NCBI GenBank assembly: GCA_965603825.1
Contig: CBFDEM010000056.1
Span: 620,001-684,000, forward strand
Source: Blepharisma stoltei ATCC 30299
Lineage: Eukaryota > Protista > Ciliophora
Reading direction: 5' to 3'
DNA length: 64,000 nt
Shown here: positions 61,046 through 64,000 of the stretch, in pieces
Numbering within the stretch: position 1 is the first letter of the stretch
How the letters are laid out: the number at the start of each line of letters is the position of its first letter
Program-made: the position numbers and the translations under genes
The notes under the pieces: generated by a model
Seen by the model: only the letters and a program-made list of their open reading frames with translations
Databases searched by the model: none
What the model was told of the DNA's origin: nothing

Positions 61046-61501
61046 ATGGCACAGCCTGTTCACACTCACCTTCCAAGGGTAGAAAGCGTCCAAACCTATG
61101 GCAAGAAAAAGCACGCTCAAGCAGTCGCTTTAATTACAAAAGGAAAAGGCATGATCAGAGTTAATGGTGTCCCACTTCACCTTGTCGAGCCACAAACCCT
61201 CAGAGTGAAAGTGCTGGAGCCTATTCTATTGCTTGGAGAATCTCGCTTCAGCAAGGTTGACTTCAAAATCAGAGTTCATGGCGGTGGTTACGTAAGCCAA
61301 ATCTACGCAGTCCGACAAGCAATAGCCAAAGGAATCATTGCATTCTACCAAAAATATGTAGATGAAGCATCCAAGAGGCAAATCAAAGAAATGATTTTGG
61401 CTTACGACAGAAGTCTGCTGGTGGCTGATCCTAGAAGAAAAGAGCCAAAGAAGTACGGTGGCCCAGGCGCAAGAGCAAGAAGACAAAAGAGTTATCGTTA
61501 A
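61046..61501 (+). CDS. RPS16: 40S ribosomal protein S16 (uS9)
   Basis: [42 protein letters not shown]. Confidence 0.98.
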   Translation: MAQPVHTHLPRVESVQTYGKKKHAQAVALITKGKGMIRVNGVPLHLVEPQTLRVKVLEPILLLGESRFSKVDFKIRVHGGGYVSQIYAVRQAIAKGIIAFYQKYVDEASKRQIKEMILAYDRSLLVADPRRKEPKKYGGPGARARRQKSYR

Positions 61502-61583
61502 ATATTTTCTCTTCAATTTTTATAAACAATATATAAGTTCGTGGAGGTTATTTCTAATGATGCTTAATGATAAATTAGCTTAC

Positions 61584-62714
61584 TTAGAAGCACTTGCGGT
61601 GAACAATGCTAGCTCCTGCTTCATCGTATTCAGCCTTGGTGACCCACATTTGTTGGAAGCTTGAAAGTGAGCTGAGGATTGAGCCTCCAATCCAGACTGA
61701 GTATTTTCTTTCAGGTGGAGCCACAACTTTAATTTTCATGCTTGGTGGTGCCTTTGCTACGAGTTCTTTATTGAGTCTTTCAGCAATTCCTGGATACATG
61801 GTAGATCCTCCACTCATGACAACGTTTCCGTATAAGTCTCTTCTGATATCCAAGTCACATTTCATGATTGATTTATAAGTAGTCTCGTCCATGCCGTCAA
61901 TATCAAGCCCTAACAAGCTTGGCTGGAACAGAGCCTCTGGGGCTCTGAATCTTTCACTTCCAAGGGTGACAGTGCTTCCGTCAGGCATTTCGTAATTCTT
62001 TTCGATTTCTGAGGAAGTTCTTGATTTGTTCATTTCTTCTTGGAAGTCCAAGGCAACATAGCAGAGCTTTTCTTTGATGTCTCTGACGATTTCTTTTTCA
62101 GCAGAGTTTGTTAAGGAGTGTCCTCTTTCAGTCATGAGTCTCACAAGGTGCAGGGTCAAGTCACGACCAGCGACGTCAATTCTTTGAATTGCGTGAGGCA
62201 GGGCGTAGCCTTCGTAGATTGGAACAACGTGAGTGACTCCGTCACCTGAATCTACGACCATACCAGTGGTTCTGCCAGAGCTGTACAGTGAAAGCACGGC
62301 TTGAATGGCGACGTAAAAGGCTGGGACGTTGAAGGTTTCGAACATGATTTGGGTCATTTTTTCTCTGTTGTTCTTAGGGTTGAGTGGGGCTTCAGTGAGG
62401 AGGACTGGGTGCTCGTCTGCTGGGACTCTGAGCTCGTTGAAGAAAGTGTGATGCCAAATCCTTTCCATGTCGTCCCAGTTGGTAACAATACCGTGCTCGA
62501 TTGGGTACTTGAGATTGAGGACGCCTCTCTTGGCTTGTGCCTCGTCACCAATATATACTTCTTTTTGTTCTGTTCCTACGATGATTCCTGGCATTCTTGG
62601 ACGACCGACAATACTTGGGAATACTGCTCTTGGAGCATCATCGCCGGCTATGCCAGCCTTGCACATTCCTGATCCGTTGTCAATGACGAGAGCTTGGACG
62701 TTCTGATCCACCAT
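61584..62714 (-). CDS. ACT1: Actin
   Basis: [10 protein letters not shown] ... [10 protein letters not shown] ... IVHRKCF. Confidence 0.99.
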   Translation of the reverse strand: MVDQNVQALVIDNGSGMCKAGIAGDDAPRAVFPSIVGRPRMPGIIVGTEQKEVYIGDEAQAKRGVLNLKYPIEHGIVTNWDDMERIWHHTFFNELRVPADEHPVLLTEAPLNPKNNREKMTQIMFETFNVPAFYVAIQAVLSLYSSGRTTGMVVDSGDGVTHVVPIYEGYALPHAIQRIDVAGRDLTLHLVRLMTERGHSLTNSAEKEIVRDIKEKLCYVALDFQEEMNKSRTSSEIEKNYEMPDGSTVTLGSERFRAPEALFQPSLLGLDIDGMDETTYKSIMKCDLDIRRDLYGNVVMSGGSTMYPGIAERLNKELVAKAPPSMKIKVVAPPERKYSVWIGGSILSSLSSFQQMWVTKAEYDEAGASIVHRKCF

Positions 62715-63468
62715 TTATAACCATCGATGAAGCATATTTGTAAAATTAAGCGAAAGCAGTTTAGAAAGTTGGGGAAGAATTAAAATGAAATGAAAATTTA
62801 TTAGATACGACTAAGAAAAATATTCATGATTGCTCCAAAGCTATTTATTAAAACCTAGCAAAAGGTTATGAGACCACTTCAAATAATTTTGATTGAAATC
62901 GAAATTAATAATTTACTTTTTAGTAAGGCAAACAGGGAACATTCCAGAAAAGTAGATGGATGAAAAACATGAACAAATACTCATAGAAAACTTAGATCAA
63001 GAGATAACTGAGGAGTGACTAGACGAGAAAATGAAATATTGAAGTGTTAAATTAATTTTCTCTACCATTTTGTTTAAAATTCATGTGAGAGTTTTAGGGT
63101 AAGATTATTTATAAGAATTAATGTATTAGAGAACCTGATAATTAACTTAAAAGCATGTTTAGTAATTATTATTCAATCCTGGGTAAATTCTTGAAATTGC
63201 TATTAAATAACATAAAATTGATGTATAAATCTGGAATTTCTAAGTCAGTCATTCAACATAATAAATTAATTAAACTATTGTTATTATATGAGCCTTCTTT
63301 TTCCTTGTGATTCATATTGAAATAAATTTGAATTGTATTATTTACAGCTGAGAGTACAGCAAAACGTTTTAAATAAAACCTGGATAGACTTGCTTTAAAA
63401 TCTTCTTTAGTTAGCTCTATTTAGAACTTATGAAGGCAATTATAAATAATTTCTGTTAGTTATATTAA

Positions 63469-64000
63469 CTAAAAGCATTTTTGATTTATAATACCAGTGC
63501 CCTTTTCAAAAAATTCATCTCTTGTAACCCAAAACTGATTCATACTTGACAAAGAGGCAAAAATGCTTCCACCAATTCAAGGATTGTGTGGTCTTGACTC
63601 TCTTCTGAAAAGCAATTGAACTCGCACATTAGGCGGCGCTTTTGCTTTTAATTCTTTACTAAGCCTATCATCAAATCCTGAAAATAGCGATGTGCACCCA
63701 CTTGTAATGATATTTTTTCATAAATCTTCTCTTATGTCGCTGTCGCTATTCATTATTGATGAATTAGTGACTTCATCAATTCCTCCAAATAAATTACTTG
63801 AATCCACTAAGAATGGTTTGAATAGCACTTCGGGAATCATATATCTCTCTCTCCCTAAGTTTATTTGGCTTCCATCAGGCATTATATAATCAGGGCTTAC
63901 TTCTGCTAAATTAATAGAGACTTCCGATTCAGATTGTAAATCCAATGATACATAGCAGAGCTTTTCTTTTATTTTTCTCAAGACTGCTTTATTATTCATC
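63469..64000 (-). CDS. Divergent actin/actin-like protein; 5' end lies outside the window
   Basis: [26 protein letters not shown](TGA)IGGSIFASL, FWVTRDEF, NQKCF; TAG 63469. Confidence 0.92.

Noticed and set aside
61907-61914. CCCTAACA telomere-like octamer
   Set aside because: Single copy inside the actin CDS; no telomere tract in the window
37661-62706. Antisense or overlapping ORFs in the track (e.g. 37661-38143, 40775-41137, 55802-56167, 59503-59889, 62301-62672)
   Set aside because: Shadows of real genes on the opposite strand or in another frame, with no recognisable motifs
61584-62714. Actin as target of the nearby ARTs (C2/VIP2-like)
   Set aside because: 10 kb proximity in a eukaryote is not evidence of a substrate relationship
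1-64000. Prokaryotic operon, CRISPR or defence-island interpretation
   Set aside because: Genes are eukaryotic (actin, Sec24, eL34) with spliceosomal introns; no repeat-spacer array was seen
1-64000. Mass pseudogenisation or selenoprotein recoding suggested by fragmented ORFs
   Set aside because: The breaks are in-frame TGA aligning with Trp in paralogs and conserved domains

Overview
This is gene-dense, AT-rich eukaryotic DNA from a ciliate that reads UGA as Trp (UAA/UAG are stops) and has 15-16-nt spliceosomal introns. That combination points to a heterotrich macronuclear genome, most likely Blepharisma. The supplied ORF track is fragmented at every TGA; re-reading with TGA=Trp gives about 40 genes. 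Housekeeping genes include RPL34, RPS16, Sec24, DnaJA, HEATR6, NBR1/p62, FOP/CEP43, a Puf4-type Pumilio, actin plus a divergent actin, a PPIL6-like cyclophilin, FKBP-TPR, MORN and two tandem KCR-like SDRs, often only 8-30 bp apart. Three fast-evolving accessory patches stand out. (i) A frameshifted tandem pair of DUF423/TMEM256-like genes at 11-12.5 kb. (ii) A birth-and-death array of ~1450-aa single-pass surface proteins with pseudogene fragments and a kelch gene at 23-34 kb. (iii) At 45-53.5 kb, two paralogous pseudo-receiver + R-S-E ADP-ribosyltransferase genes flanking an RI-type LRR gene, with a ~155-nt branched foldback and a kelch gene. Patch (iii) is the best candidate for an undescribed defence or signalling system. 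All assignments were made by eye from motifs; no database search was run.
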